Shown here: positions 10,501 to 20,751 of the stretch, one piece after another
How the letters are laid out: each line of letters starts with the position of its first letter
How positions within the stretch are numbered: position 1 is the stretch's first letter
Assembly (NCBI GenBank): GCA_965115845.1
Contig: OZ220475.1
Coordinates: forward strand, 1,496,368-1,560,367
DNA length: 64,000 bases
Reading direction: 5' to 3'
Source of the DNA: an uncultured Pseudohongiella sp.
Lineage (GTDB): Bacteria > Pseudomonadota > Gammaproteobacteria > Pseudomonadales > Pseudohongiellaceae
Program-made: the position numbers and the translations under genes
The notes under the pieces: generated by a model
What the model was told of the DNA's origin: nothing
The model's database searches: none
The model's input: only the letters and a program-made list of their open reading frames with translations

Positions 10501-11089
10501 CGACAACGGCGTCGGCGGCCTCGAACGGCCTGAGCAGGCCGGCCAATGCGCCCGAGAGCGACTCGGAAGCGAACAGCGCCGCCGCGACCGCCAGCACGGC
10601 GGCCATGCTCGCCGCCGGCCCCAGCCAGGAGCGCCCCGCCGGCGCAAGGGCCTGCATTTCATGCTGCTGGCGCGCCAGGTGTTGTTCCGCGTCCCGCCAG
10701 AGTTGCGCGATGAACTGCCGGGACACGCCGCGACGGCCGAAACGAAGTTCGTCCTCGGTGAATTCCAGCGATGTGAGCAGACGCTGCTCGAGATCCGGAA
10801 TATGGTCTTCGACATAATGCGCCAGCCGCTTGAACGTGGCGCGGCGGCGGCGCAATACGCCGTACAGCCGCCAGCAAAGCAGTCCGACGCCGGCGAGGAG
10901 GGCGGCGAACATGAGCAGGCCGGCCGCGGGGCCCGGCCGCAGCGCGTCGTACGCCAGCGCGAAGCCGAAAACCAGCAAGGCGCCGGAAACAAGGAACAGG
11001 CTGAGCTGGCGCAACACGAAAAATGCGACGCGATGCCGGCGCAGGTCGTCGAGAGTGGCGTGCAAGCTGGCGACAGTGGGATGCGTCAT
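7574..11089 (-). CDS. Large membrane-anchored coiled-coil protein (DUF4175-like), first gene of the MoxR/VWA operon
   Basis: ORF 7574-11335. Start chosen at MTHPTVASLHATLDDLRRHRVAFFVLRQLSLFLVSGALLV (11089, GGAAA upstream). It has TM helices, long Q/E/R-rich coiled-coil stretches and an 11-Gly run. The family name is from memory. Confidence 0.6.
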   Translation of the reverse strand: MTHPTVASLHATLDDLRRHRVAFFVLRQLSLFLVSGALLVFGFALAYDALRPGPAAGLLMFAALLAGVGLLCWRLYGVLRRRRATFKRLAHYVEDHIPDLEQRLLTSLEFTEDELRFGRRGVSRQFIAQLWRDAEQHLARQQHEMQALAPAGRSWLGPAASMAAVLAVAAALFASESLSGALAGLLRPFEAADAVVVGEPPPNIEIFIEPGDATVQRGDGLAVTARVEGARPEALTLRLQDDNVNWRDLPMRRDGRGSDSASFSYFIPSLREDTIYYVAFNQDEARNSRQFRISVYDLPQVEQIDVAFDYPDYTGMEDLLEEDGGDLIAPAGTAVELSVTFNKPVAEARLEFDAAVEGEPMPDLPLTIAGNIGTAALAIDRDAVYRVRATDHSGLASLEPLDYYIRAIADQPPELALRRPGRDQDVMPLEEVMLEVDASDDYGLTRFDLNYSVAGGDEVAVDFLPRERARDVSGKQLIYLEELGVEPGDFVSYYLTLADNNGLDGPSEIVSDIYFLQVIPTDQEFRRGQGGGGGGGGGGGQGGDSSALVTIQKDIIAATWKLKNRQGRATPEEFAADAEIIAESQQEAVGRARMSIDRLSERLNFSDDSYDQAVANLSLAIEQMNLAAGELDLLQVISALQPEQAALQYLLKAEASINRTEISMQQGGGGGGAAARQERENLRELFEMELGQLENRYENPNSRGRNARQQEEADKLEELARRQEGLTRAQRNLARRAEQLTEEQKRRELERLMRQQEQLSREARQLAQQMSRGQQRSDARQEQNSPAAGGAAAETSALQQAASQMQEAAGSDSPSLAAARSQKALENLRRQQRRLGEQADRSVNQLARNLGQRGRELLDRQRELREAMAEASRELGLGQTRQAVRDDAELRELIEGQQRQQQDLEQIEDMLRAVIARGGNEDQRLLSQAQEATRELRPIREEMQTSSRILRNGMVNLAADIEQAIEDQLEGLARSLAALDPERAGGDSLRQAASNAQELREQLEDLEQQILALGENGDQPAAGMPSVGELREQLQQSRQLAQQIDQQLQQQARQGGNARGGPARPGADRYGPGGEIRADGGNLPWGDARSVARQIARRDIEDFLGQPELLRALLQPVIELEGALRAQAELEQINERLYATVEEDIPDEYRDLVQEYYRVLSEQQVADDPAR

Positions 11090-11356
11090 GAAGTTTCCGC
11101 CATTTTGATTCGCAGTGCCGCGAAGTATCCTCCGCGCTGATCGGGCAGTTCCGGCCAAGCCCAAATATCCCACCAACCCGACCGCGATTGCAAGCGGGAA
11201 GCCCGGAGATTTCGCGGCAAGCGCCATGACCTGCGGGGGCGGGGCATGGGATTTCCCGCGCGAACCCGGCCTGCTTGCGACGGACAGCCCTTTTCGGAGG
11301 GTCGATAATGATCGATCGGAGCCGGGAGGAAACACCCGGCTCCGACAATTCGCGAA

Positions 11357-11983
11357 TCAGGCGGCCTGCTGCTCCGCCACTGTCCGCCCGATGGACTCGC
11401 GCCGGTCGAGCAATTCGAGCAGCGCCCTGATGTTCGGCAACTCGTTGTACGCGTCCCAGTCCAGCGCCTTGCGGCAGACCGCGGTCGCCAGGCCGACGGT
11501 GAAGCGAAAATAGAAATCGGCGTAAGTGATCTGGTCTCCCGCGAGATAGGGATCGAAGCTGGCCAGCGTCGCGAGGCTGGCGAAGCCGCGTTCGAGCAAC
11601 TTGCGCACGGCCTCTTTCTCTTCCGCGCGCGCCGGACGGTTGAAAAACACCTCGCCGTACAGGCGTCGGGCGGGCAACTCGATATACAACTCGATGTGAC
11701 GCATCAATTCCCGCGTCTTCGCCCGGGCGAAGGGGTCGGCGGGATACAGGCCCGGCCCCTCGCCCACCGCGTCGAGATAGTCGATGATGACGCCGGTTTC
11801 GGTGAGAAAGCCCTGCGCTGTCTCGATGCAAGGCACCTTGCCCATCGGACTGCGCGCCAGGAAGTCCGGCTCCCGGTTCGGCTTGACTTCCACCTCCTCG
11901 AAGGCGATGCCCTGTTCCAGCATGATCGCTTTCAGGATGCAGTAATAGTTGCTCAGGCTTATTCCATGGAGTTTGATGGTCAC
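11357..11983 (-). CDS. Glutathione S-transferase family protein
   Basis: KLHGISLSNYYCILKAIMLEQGIAFEEVEV...SPMGKVPCIE...YLAGDQITYADFYF shows the GST N- and C-terminal domains. GTG start at 11983 preceded by AGGAAA. An in-frame ATG at 12043 is the alternative start. Confidence 0.8.
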   Translation of the reverse strand: MTIKLHGISLSNYYCILKAIMLEQGIAFEEVEVKPNREPDFLARSPMGKVPCIETAQGFLTETGVIIDYLDAVGEGPGLYPADPFARAKTRELMRHIELYIELPARRLYGEVFFNRPARAEEKEAVRKLLERGFASLATLASFDPYLAGDQITYADFYFRFTVGLATAVCRKALDWDAYNELPNIRALLELLDRRESIGRTVAEQQAA

Positions 11984-12039
11984 TTCATTTTCCTGTTCGC
12001 AAGCCGCCCGGGACCGCCCGGCCGCGGGTTCGGCAAGGA

Positions 12040-14259
12040 TCATGGTACGGGCTGAAGTCGCGGAAACACGATTTCCTGGCCGATTCGCAGCCGATTCATG
12101 TCGAGCCCGGGATTGTATTGCCGCAATAGCCAGATCGGCGTCGAATAGCGGCTGCCGGCCAGCGTGCTGATGTTCTCGTCGGCTCGCACCCGGTGACTGA
12201 TCACGCCCTGGATGTGGTAATTGGCGAAGAATTCCTGTTGCAGGCCCAGGTGGTATGCGCGCCGCGCGCGTTCGAATCCGGCGATATTGACGCGGGAGAA
12301 GTCGAGCCGCAAACGCTCGCCGACGATGACCGGATCGCTGAACGCCAGATTGTTGAGGCGGCGAATGTCCCGCGCGCGAATATCCAGCCACTCCGCATAA
12401 TGGCCGAGCGTTTCGGAGGCCTGCACTTCGATGGTGTTGTTGCCGTCGACACCGTAGTCCGAAGGATCCGCGGCCAGTTCCGCGCTCAGCATGCGGTCGC
12501 CTTGCGCCGCATCCAGCGCCGGGTCGATGGCCACCGCCAGTTCCTGTTCGCCGGCGACCGGCGCGTCGAGTTGCTGGTCGTCGGGCAATACGGCGGCGGG
12601 CGGCAATATCGGTTCATTGCGCGCGAGCGGCGCCGGTTCCGCCGCGCCCGAACCGGCGTCGACGGCGGACTCCGGCGACTCCGGCGCGCTGTCGTTCGGG
12701 GTCGGGCGCGGCGCGGACGGCGCGGACGGCTCGGCCAAGGCGGCGACTTGCGGCGGTTCGGGGGCGAGGCCGGGAATCCGCAATTGCTGGCCCGGATAAA
12801 TGCGGTCCGGGTCGTCGACGCCGTTGGCGCCGAGCAGTTCTCTTGCGCCGACGCCGAATCGCGCCGCGATCCGGGAAACCGTATCGCCGCGACTGACGCT
12901 ATATACGCCGTCGACCGGCGCCGCTCCCAGGGTCGCCGCCTGATTGTCCTGCGGCAGCAGCAGCCGCTGGCCGATGCTGATCCTGTGCCGGTTGGGCAAT
13001 TGATTCAGCGACGCCAGCCGCGCGACGCTGGTGTTGAAGCGTTGCGCGATGAACGACAGGCTGTCGCCGCGTTCCACCACATAAGCCACATCGGGAGTCT
13101 GGACCGCGAATTTCAGGTCGCCGGGCACCAGCGCCAGCAGGTCTCCGGCGGGAACCCGACCGGCCCGGAACTTGACCGGAAAGCCGCTGGGGATGCGTTT
13201 GGAGCCTTCCCAGACCGCCGGCCGCAACGCCGGATTGTCGGCGCGCAACTGTTCGAGGCCGACGCCGACCGCATCGGCGAGCACCTGGGCGTCGACGAAT
13301 CCGTCCACCCTGATTTCGCGGAAATCCGGCGCGGGATCCATGGCGAAATCGCCGAAATAGCGTTCCAGGTCATTTTCGATCTGCAATACCGCCAGAAACT
13401 GGGCGTAGAAGTTGCGCGAGGCGAAACCGAACAGGCGGCCCCGATATTCGGCGATGATGGTTTCGATGTCGGAGACGCCGGTCTCGCGCACCGCCCGGCT
13501 CATGCCGCCCGCGCCATGGTTGTAGGCGGTCAGCGCGAGCGGCCAGGTGCCGAGCACGCTGTAGTTGTATTCCAGCAGGCTCATGGCCGCATAAGTCGCG
13601 ATATAGGGGTCCATGCGCTCGTCGACGATATGGTCGATGCGCATGAAGCGCTGGCCGGTGGCGCGGCCGAATTGCCACATGCCGGCGGCGGAAGCGCTGG
13701 AAACCGCCGCCGGATTGAACGACGACTCCACATGGGGAAGAATGCCGAGTTCCTGCGGCAGGCCCTTTTCCGCGATGACCCGGCGGATATGTTCCCGATA
13801 GGCGCCGGAACGCCGCAGGCCGCCGAGAAAGCGGTCGGACTGGCCCAGCTGGAAACGCACATTGGAGGCGGCGGCGCGCAAGGTCCGATTGCTCGCGTCC
13901 GCCGGAAAAAGCGCGAGGATCCGCTGCTGCTCCGGATCAAGCCGCTCGCGCTCGCCGCTGCCGAGCACGCGCAAGTCGTCGCGGATCCGGTCCCGGGCAT
14001 CGTCGATGCTGCGCTGGTCGTACGGCACGGTCCGGTAAATGACGGACAGATCCCGGGCGTCGTGGAGATAGCCGTTGCGGGTATTGATCTCCGTATATAC
14101 CTTGATCCAGAAATTCACCGCCGGCTCGATTTCCGGCGGCCGCGGAAACAACTCCGGGGATTGGGCGCAGGCCGCGGCCGGCCAGCTCAGGAAGGCGGCA
14201 AACAGGAAAGCCGCGAGCCCGCGGCCGCGATGACTTCCCTGCGCCGAATCACCTGACAT
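12040..14259 (-). CDS. mltD: Membrane-bound lytic murein transglycosylase D-like (SLT domain plus LysM repeats)
   Basis: HVESSFNPAAVSSASAAGMWQF is the SLT catalytic block. Three LysM-like repeats: YVVERGDSLSFIAQRF, YSVSRGDTVSRIAARF and HRVRADENISTLAGSRY. Start moved to MSGDSAQGSHRGRGLAAFLFAAFLSWPAAACAQ because the upstream MNNSMAGIIQ codons lie inside a repeat copy. Confidence 0.85.
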   Translation of the reverse strand: MSGDSAQGSHRGRGLAAFLFAAFLSWPAAACAQSPELFPRPPEIEPAVNFWIKVYTEINTRNGYLHDARDLSVIYRTVPYDQRSIDDARDRIRDDLRVLGSGERERLDPEQQRILALFPADASNRTLRAAASNVRFQLGQSDRFLGGLRRSGAYREHIRRVIAEKGLPQELGILPHVESSFNPAAVSSASAAGMWQFGRATGQRFMRIDHIVDERMDPYIATYAAMSLLEYNYSVLGTWPLALTAYNHGAGGMSRAVRETGVSDIETIIAEYRGRLFGFASRNFYAQFLAVLQIENDLERYFGDFAMDPAPDFREIRVDGFVDAQVLADAVGVGLEQLRADNPALRPAVWEGSKRIPSGFPVKFRAGRVPAGDLLALVPGDLKFAVQTPDVAYVVERGDSLSFIAQRFNTSVARLASLNQLPNRHRISIGQRLLLPQDNQAATLGAAPVDGVYSVSRGDTVSRIAARFGVGARELLGANGVDDPDRIYPGQQLRIPGLAPEPPQVAALAEPSAPSAPRPTPNDSAPESPESAVDAGSGAAEPAPLARNEPILPPAAVLPDDQQLDAPVAGEQELAVAIDPALDAAQGDRMLSAELAADPSDYGVDGNNTIEVQASETLGHYAEWLDIRARDIRRLNNLAFSDPVIVGERLRLDFSRVNIAGFERARRAYHLGLQQEFFANYHIQGVISHRVRADENISTLAGSRYSTPIWLLRQYNPGLDMNRLRIGQEIVFPRLQPVP

Positions 14260-14287
14260 CTCTGCTTCCGATTCCTCAAGCATCCTT

Positions 14288-14340
14288 TGAATGATTCCAG
14301 CCATGGAATTATTCATTGCCGCAAGACAAAAGTCGGCGCG
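14288..14340 (+). repeat. Modular intergenic repeat, partial copy (modules A plus half of B)
   Basis: tgaatgattccagccatggaattattcattgccgcaagacaaaag. Confidence 0.75.
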
Positions 14341-14356
14341 GTTCCGCCGCCCGCGC

Positions 14357-15310
14357 TCACGGCGCGCCGTCCGCTTCCGCGCCTTCCTTGACCGGAACCA
14401 GCAGATCCTCGCGCGTGACCTTCATGAAGATAATAACGTTCGATGCGACGTAAATTGAAGAGTAAGTGCCGACGATTACGCCGATGATCAGCGCGACGGC
14501 GAATCCCTGGGTGGATTCGCCGCCGATCAGAAGGATCGAGCACAACACGAGCAAGGTCGTGAACGAAGTGATCAGGGTCCGGCCCAGGGTCTGATTCAGC
14601 GAGATATTCACCGTATCGACCGGCCCGGTCTTGCGCAACATGCGGAAATTCTCGCGAATGCGGTCGGAAACGACGATGGTGTCATTGAGCGAATAGCCGA
14701 TGATGGCGAGCAAGGCGGCCAGGGTATTGAGATTGAACTCCATGCCCGCGAGCGAAAAGATGCCGAGGGTGATGACGAGGTCATGGGCCAGCGCGACCAC
14801 GGCGCCGACGGAAAACTTGAACTGGAAGCGCACGGCGATGTAGACCATGATGATGCCGAGCGCCGTCAGCATGCCCAGACCGCCCTGTTCGGCGAGTTCC
14901 TCGCCCACTTTCGCGCTGACATAATCGGAGCCGAGCAAGGTGACCGTCGCGTCGCTGCGCTCTTGCAGGTAGGCCGCGATGGCTTCGCCGGCAAGCGCGG
15001 CCTGTTCCGCTTCGGTGGCCGCTTCGGCGGCGGGGTCGAGGGGCAGCAGCACGCGAATATCCCGGTCGGAGCCGAAATTGACGACCACGGCGTCCGCGTA
15101 ACCCGCCTCTTCCAGTTGGGCGCCGATTTCATCGAGCGGCGCGGTCTGCGAATAATTCAGCCGCACCGACATGCCGCTGGTGAAATCGAGGCCGAACTCG
15201 AGGCCGCGCGAGGCGAGCGAAACCAGCGCGGTCAACACCGCGGCCATGGACAGCGCCGCCGCTATCCGGCGATAGCCCATGAAGTCGACATTGAACTGTC
15301 GCGTCGCCAT
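14357..15310 (-). CDS. secF: Protein translocase subunit SecF
   Basis: 317 aa: MATRQFNVDFMGYRRIAAALS...GLDFTSG...NDTIVVSDRIRE. Lies directly downstream of secD. Confidence 0.93.
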   Translation of the reverse strand: MATRQFNVDFMGYRRIAAALSMAAVLTALVSLASRGLEFGLDFTSGMSVRLNYSQTAPLDEIGAQLEEAGYADAVVVNFGSDRDIRVLLPLDPAAEAATEAEQAALAGEAIAAYLQERSDATVTLLGSDYVSAKVGEELAEQGGLGMLTALGIIMVYIAVRFQFKFSVGAVVALAHDLVITLGIFSLAGMEFNLNTLAALLAIIGYSLNDTIVVSDRIRENFRMLRKTGPVDTVNISLNQTLGRTLITSFTTLLVLCSILLIGGESTQGFAVALIIGVIVGTYSSIYVASNVIIFMKVTREDLLVPVKEGAEADGAP

Positions 15311-15323
15311 CGTCCCGCCCCGT

Positions 15324-17216
15324 TCAGGTCCTGTCGCCGGCCGGCTTGATCGGAAGTATGCCGATCGAAAGGCTGCGCAAGTCGCGCCGGCCGCCGTAAA
15401 TCAGGTTCACCAGCGCCCTGGTGCCGACGATGGCGGTGAACATCGAAGTGAGGATGCCGATCATGAGCGTCACCGCGAATCCCTTCACCGGACCCGTGCC
15501 GATGGTGAACAGCACCGCGGCCACGAGGAAGGTCGTCAGATTGGCGTCGAGAATCGTGGTGAAAGCCCGGTCGTAGCCGGCGCTGATCGCCTGTTGCGGC
15601 GGCAGTCCGTTGCGCAACTCTTCCTTGATCCGGGTAAAGATCAGCACGTTCGCGTCCACCGCCATGCCGACGGTCAGCACGATGCCGACAATGCCGGGCA
15701 AGGTCAGCGTCGCCGGCAACACGGAAGACAGCACGGCGAAGATCAGCACGATATTCATGATCAGGGCGACATTGGCGGCAAGACCGAAAACGCGATAGTA
15801 GAACAGCATGAAGGCCACGACGAGAACGGCCGCGACCTGCACGCCGCGGATCCCCTGCTCGAGGTTTTCCCGGCCCATGGTGGGTCCGATCACCGATTGC
15901 TCGACGATCGTCATCGGCGCGGCCAGCGAACCGGAACTGATCAGCAGCGACAGGTCCATGGCCTCGCGCTGGGTCAGGCCCGTGATGACGAACTGCCGGC
16001 CGAGGGCGGAATTGATGCGGGCGTGGCTGATCAGGCGGCGGTCTTCGTAAAACTCGACTTCCTCGACTTCCTCGCCGTTGCCGTCGACGGTCGCATTGGT
16101 GCGCGAGCGCGTTTCGATCAGCAATATGTCCATCATGTTGCCGACATTGTCGCGCGTGACGCGGTTGATCTGGTTGCCGCCCTGGGCGTCGAGGCTGATC
16201 TGCACCTGGGGCAGGCCGTTCTGGTCGAGCGAGGGGCGCACATTGCTGACCCGGTCGCCTTGCAGGATGACGTCGTTGTCGACATTGACCGCGTATGCGC
16301 CTTCCGGCGTCACGTAGTCATAGGTTTCGTAACTGGAGCGGGGCGCGCCGGGCGCGGCTTCGAGATGGAATTCCAGCGTGGCGATGCGTTGCAGGATGCG
16401 AATCGCCTGGGCCGGATCCTGCACGCCGGGCAATTCGACCACGATGCGGTTCGAGCCCTGCTGCTGCACGGTCGGTTCGGCCACGCCGAGGGCGTCGACC
16501 CGGTTCAGCAAGGTTGTGCGATTGGCCTGCAAGGTATCGCGCTGTATCTGCAACATGGTGTCTTCGGTCATGTTCAGGTCGAGGATGAAGACATCGCCGA
16601 CTTCGCGATTCTGGAATTGCAGTTCGGGGAAATTGTCGATCAATTCCGAGCGCGCCCGGGAGCGGTCGCCGGCAGCGGCGAAGCGGATTTCGATGCGGGA
16701 ATCATCGATCAGGTTCAGGCCGCGGGTGCGGATGCGCAACTCCCGCAGGATGCTGCGCACATTGCCCAGGTTGTCTTCCATGCGGCCGAGCACCGCGGCC
16801 TCGATGTCCACTTCCATGAGGAAATGCACGCCGCCTTGCAGGTCGAGCCCGAGATTCATCTTGCCGGCGCCGATGGCCTGCATCCAGCCGGGCGTGGTGG
16901 GCGCGAGGTTGAGCGCGACGATGAAATCGTCGGTCAAGGCTTCCTCGACCGCGGTCTTGGCGCGCAATTGCTCCTCCACGGTGTCGAACCGCAACAGGAT
17001 GCCGTTGTCGTTCAGTTCCGCGGCGAGCGGCCGCAGTTGGGCGGCTTCCAGCGCCGTGTCGACATTGTCGAGGTCGGCCTGGACGAGTTCCCGGCTTTCG
17101 TGCGTGATCTGCAGCGCCTCGTCGTCCGGATACAGGTTCGGCACCGAATAGAGGACGCCGAGCGTCATCGCGAGCAGGACCAGCAGGTTTTTCCACGCCG
17201 GATATCGGTTCAGCAT
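15324..17216 (-). CDS. secD: Protein translocase subunit SecD
   Basis: 630 aa: MLNRYPAWKNLLVLLAMTLGVLYSVPNLY...LGLDLQGGVHFLMEVD...GMAVDANVLIFTRIKEE. Confidence 0.93.
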   Translation of the reverse strand: MLNRYPAWKNLLVLLAMTLGVLYSVPNLYPDDEALQITHESRELVQADLDNVDTALEAAQLRPLAAELNDNGILLRFDTVEEQLRAKTAVEEALTDDFIVALNLAPTTPGWMQAIGAGKMNLGLDLQGGVHFLMEVDIEAAVLGRMEDNLGNVRSILRELRIRTRGLNLIDDSRIEIRFAAAGDRSRARSELIDNFPELQFQNREVGDVFILDLNMTEDTMLQIQRDTLQANRTTLLNRVDALGVAEPTVQQQGSNRIVVELPGVQDPAQAIRILQRIATLEFHLEAAPGAPRSSYETYDYVTPEGAYAVNVDNDVILQGDRVSNVRPSLDQNGLPQVQISLDAQGGNQINRVTRDNVGNMMDILLIETRSRTNATVDGNGEEVEEVEFYEDRRLISHARINSALGRQFVITGLTQREAMDLSLLISSGSLAAPMTIVEQSVIGPTMGRENLEQGIRGVQVAAVLVVAFMLFYYRVFGLAANVALIMNIVLIFAVLSSVLPATLTLPGIVGIVLTVGMAVDANVLIFTRIKEELRNGLPPQQAISAGYDRAFTTILDANLTTFLVAAVLFTIGTGPVKGFAVTLMIGILTSMFTAIVGTRALVNLIYGGRRDLRSLSIGILPIKPAGDRT

Positions 17217-17256
17217 GATGCGGAGACCCCCCGCGCCGCGCGGCCGGCGCCGATGC

Positions 17257-17583
17257 TCATATCTGCTCCAGCGTGCCTTTCGGCAGCACCGCCGCGACCG
17301 AAGTCTTCTGCAACTTGATTTCCACGCCGGCGGCGACCTGGACCGCCATGTAATCGCCGCTGACCTTGACGACCTTGCCCAGCAGGCCGCCGGAAGTCAT
17401 CACCTCGTCGCCCCTGGAAATGCCGGCGACGAGTTCGCGATGTTCCTTCGCGCGCTTCGACTGCGGCCGGATCAGCAACAACCAGAACAGCAGGATCATG
17501 CCGCCGAACAGGATCAGGTTGAAGAGGAGCGAAGGTGTTTGCGCCCCGCCCTGGGCGTGGGCGGTACTGAAAAGCAGGTCCAT
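17257..17583 (-). CDS. yajC: Preprotein translocase subunit YajC
   Basis: 108 aa: ILLFWLLLIRPQSKRAKEHRELVAGISRGDEVMTSGGLLGKV. Position matches the yajC-secD-secF order. Confidence 0.9.
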   Translation of the reverse strand: MDLLFSTAHAQGGAQTPSLLFNLILFGGMILLFWLLLIRPQSKRAKEHRELVAGISRGDEVMTSGGLLGKVVKVSGDYMAVQVAAGVEIKLQKTSVAAVLPKGTLEQI

Positions 17584-17654
17584 CGGATATCCTCGCGGTC
17601 GTTTTTCCGGTCAGGCCGGCATGTTAATGGGTGCGCGCTGCTATTCTCAAGTCC

Positions 17655-18764
<1,110 letters not shown>

Positions 18765-20345
18765 TCAATGCTCCCGGGTTTCGCTGAACGCCACGGCGGG
18801 CCATTTTTCCATCGCCAGATTCAGGTTCACCTTGCTCGGCGCCAGATAAGTCAGATGTCCGCCGGCGTCGAGCGCCAGATTGTCGCGATACTTGCCGCGA
18901 AAACTTTCCAACTCCCGCGGATTCCCGCATTCCACCCAGCGGGCGTGCCGCACCGCCACCGGCTCATAGTCGCAATCGACGCCGTATTCCTCCTTGAGCC
19001 GGCCAGTGACGACTTCGAATTGCAAGGCGCCGACGGCGCCGATGAGCAAGTCGTTGTTGCGCAGGGGCATGAATACCTGCATCGACCCTTCCTCCGCCAA
19101 TTGCGCGACGCCTTTGCGCAATTGCTTCCATTTCAGCGGGTCGCGCAATCGGATGCGCCGGAACAGTTCCGGCGCGAAATTGGGAATGCCGCGAAATCTG
19201 AGATCCTCGCCGCTGCTGAAAGTATCGCCGACCCGGATCGCGCCGTGATTATGCAAGCCGATGATATCCCCGGACACCGCCGTTTCCGCCATTTCCCGCT
19301 CGCCGGCCAGGAATGTGAGGGCGTCGCTCACCCGCGTCGTCTTGCCGGTGCGGCAATGACGCATTTTCATGCCCTGGCGATATTCGCCGGAACAGATGCG
19401 CAGAAAGGCGACGCGGTCGCGATGTTTCGGATCCATGTTGGCCTGTATCTTGAAGACGAAGCCGCAGAACTTCTCCTCCAAGGCGGAGACTTCCCGGCTC
19501 TGCGCGGCGCGGCCGCGAGGCGGCGGCGCCCATTCGACGAAATCGTCGAGCATCTCCCGGACGCCGAAATTCGCCAGCGCGACGCCGAAATACACCGGCG
19601 TCAATTCGCCGGCGAGATAGGCTTCCCGGTCGAACTTCGCGCCGGCGCCGCGCACGAGTTCGATCTCCTCGCAGGCCTGTTCGCGCCAGTCGCCCAGCAA
19701 CCGCCGCGCCTGCTCGCCATGCAGGCCCCGCAGCCCGGCCGCAGCGCCCGGCCGCCCTCCCGTCGCCGCCGGGAAAGGCGACAGCGAGTCCGTCGCCAGA
19801 TGGTACAGGCCCTTGAATTCCCTGCCCATGCCCAGCGGCCAGTTGATCGGCGCGCAGCGAATGCCGAGCACGCTTTCGATTTCATCGAGCAGTTCCACCG
19901 GGTCGCGGATCTCCCGGTCGAGCTTGTTGACGAAAGTGAACAACGGCGTGTCCCGCAGCCGACAGACATTCATCAACTTGATCGTGCGTTCTTCCACGCC
20001 CCTGGCGCCGTCGACCACCATCAGCGCCGAATCCACCGCGGTCAGCACGCGATACGTGTCTTCCGAAAAGTCCTCGTGGCCCGGCGTATCCAGCAGATTC
20101 ACGACCCGCCGCCGCCAGGGAAACTGCATGATCGAGGAAGTAATCGAAATTCCCCGCTCCTGCTCCATCCGCATCCAGTCCGAAGCGGCCAGCCGCCCGG
20201 ACTTGCGCCCTTTCACGGTGCCCGCGACCTCGATGCGGCCGCCGAGCAGCAGCAACTTCTCGGTAATCGTGGTCTTGCCCGCGTCGGGATGGGAAATGAT
20301 GGCGAGCACCCGGCGCCGTTCGATTCTGTCCCGCAAGGATTCCAT
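18765..20345 (-). CDS. prfC: Peptide chain release factor 3
   Basis: 526 aa: [26 protein letters not shown]...[17 protein letters not shown] (GTPase G1-G3 motifs). Confidence 0.93.
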   Translation of the reverse strand: MESLRDRIERRRVLAIISHPDAGKTTITEKLLLLGGRIEVAGTVKGRKSGRLAASDWMRMEQERGISITSSIMQFPWRRRVVNLLDTPGHEDFSEDTYRVLTAVDSALMVVDGARGVEERTIKLMNVCRLRDTPLFTFVNKLDREIRDPVELLDEIESVLGIRCAPINWPLGMGREFKGLYHLATDSLSPFPAATGGRPGAAAGLRGLHGEQARRLLGDWREQACEEIELVRGAGAKFDREAYLAGELTPVYFGVALANFGVREMLDDFVEWAPPPRGRAAQSREVSALEEKFCGFVFKIQANMDPKHRDRVAFLRICSGEYRQGMKMRHCRTGKTTRVSDALTFLAGEREMAETAVSGDIIGLHNHGAIRVGDTFSSGEDLRFRGIPNFAPELFRRIRLRDPLKWKQLRKGVAQLAEEGSMQVFMPLRNNDLLIGAVGALQFEVVTGRLKEEYGVDCDYEPVAVRHARWVECGNPRELESFRGKYRDNLALDAGGHLTYLAPSKVNLNLAMEKWPAVAFSETREH

Positions 20346-20358
20346 AGGTATCTATTCT

Positions 20359-20420
20359 CCGAACAATTCCATTCATGGAATCATTCATCGTCGCAAAACC
20401 AGAGCATGTTTTCGTCCTGG
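20359..20420 (+). repeat. Modular intergenic repeat, short degenerate copy (A plus B)
   Basis: ccgaacaattccattcatggaatcattcatcgtcgcaaaaccagagcatgttttcgtcctgg. Confidence 0.65.
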
Positions 20421-20427
20421 TATCCCC

Positions 20428-20585
20428 TGAATAATTCCATCCATGGAATTATTCATTGCCGCAAGACAAAAGCGCGGTCTTGCCTTGCTCGCGGATTCGG
20501 CGGCTCGCGCCGTCGAATCCGGCGGGGCTTTTTGGTGCCGCGGGCCTGCGCCACAGGGAAGCTCTGACTTGATCAGGGCTTCCCT
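20428..20585 (+). repeat. Modular intergenic repeat, full-length copy (A-B-C-D)
   Basis: Four modules are present. A: tGAATAATTCCATCCATGGAATTATTCa. B: ttgccGCAAGACAAAAgcgcggtcttgccTTGC. C: GGATTCGgcggctcgcgccgtCGAATCC. D: GGAAGCTCTGActtgaTCAGGGCTTCC. Confidence 0.8.
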
Positions 20586-20751
20586 TGCTTCCGAATGCGA
20601 TAGATGCGCCGCGGGGAAGCGCTGCTTGATCAGCGCCCGGAGGCATGTCCGGCATCGGGCCGGCAAGGCGGGCGATTATAGCAGCGCGAGGCGAGACGCA
20701 TCCCGTCGGGGTAGAATCGCCGGACATGCCGGATATTGCGGGAGGCGGTAC

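Noticed and set aside
11318-11345. Hairpin GGAGCCGGG-aggaaaca-CCCGGCTCC just downstream of the GST gene, considered as a terminator
   Set aside because: It is a good stem, but no U-tract follows on the relevant (minus) strand. Too uncertain to annotate.
20480-20525. tRNA-like T-arm sequence (gtcgaatccgg) in module C of the repeats
   Set aside because: No acceptor stem, anticodon arm or D-arm can be drawn. The motif is simply one arm of the module C hairpin and recurs with the repeat.
20443-20751. ORFs starting MELFIAARQKRG... (also at 45544, 48959 and 36722, and reverse ones at 46438-46629, 47199-48956 and 39012) and MNNSM.GIIQ... (14316, 20666)
   Set aside because: The start codon and first 30-60 codons lie inside copies of the palindromic repeat, with the ATG inside CCATGG of module A. 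The same peptide appears wherever the repeat occurs, and real genes downstream have their own SD and start.
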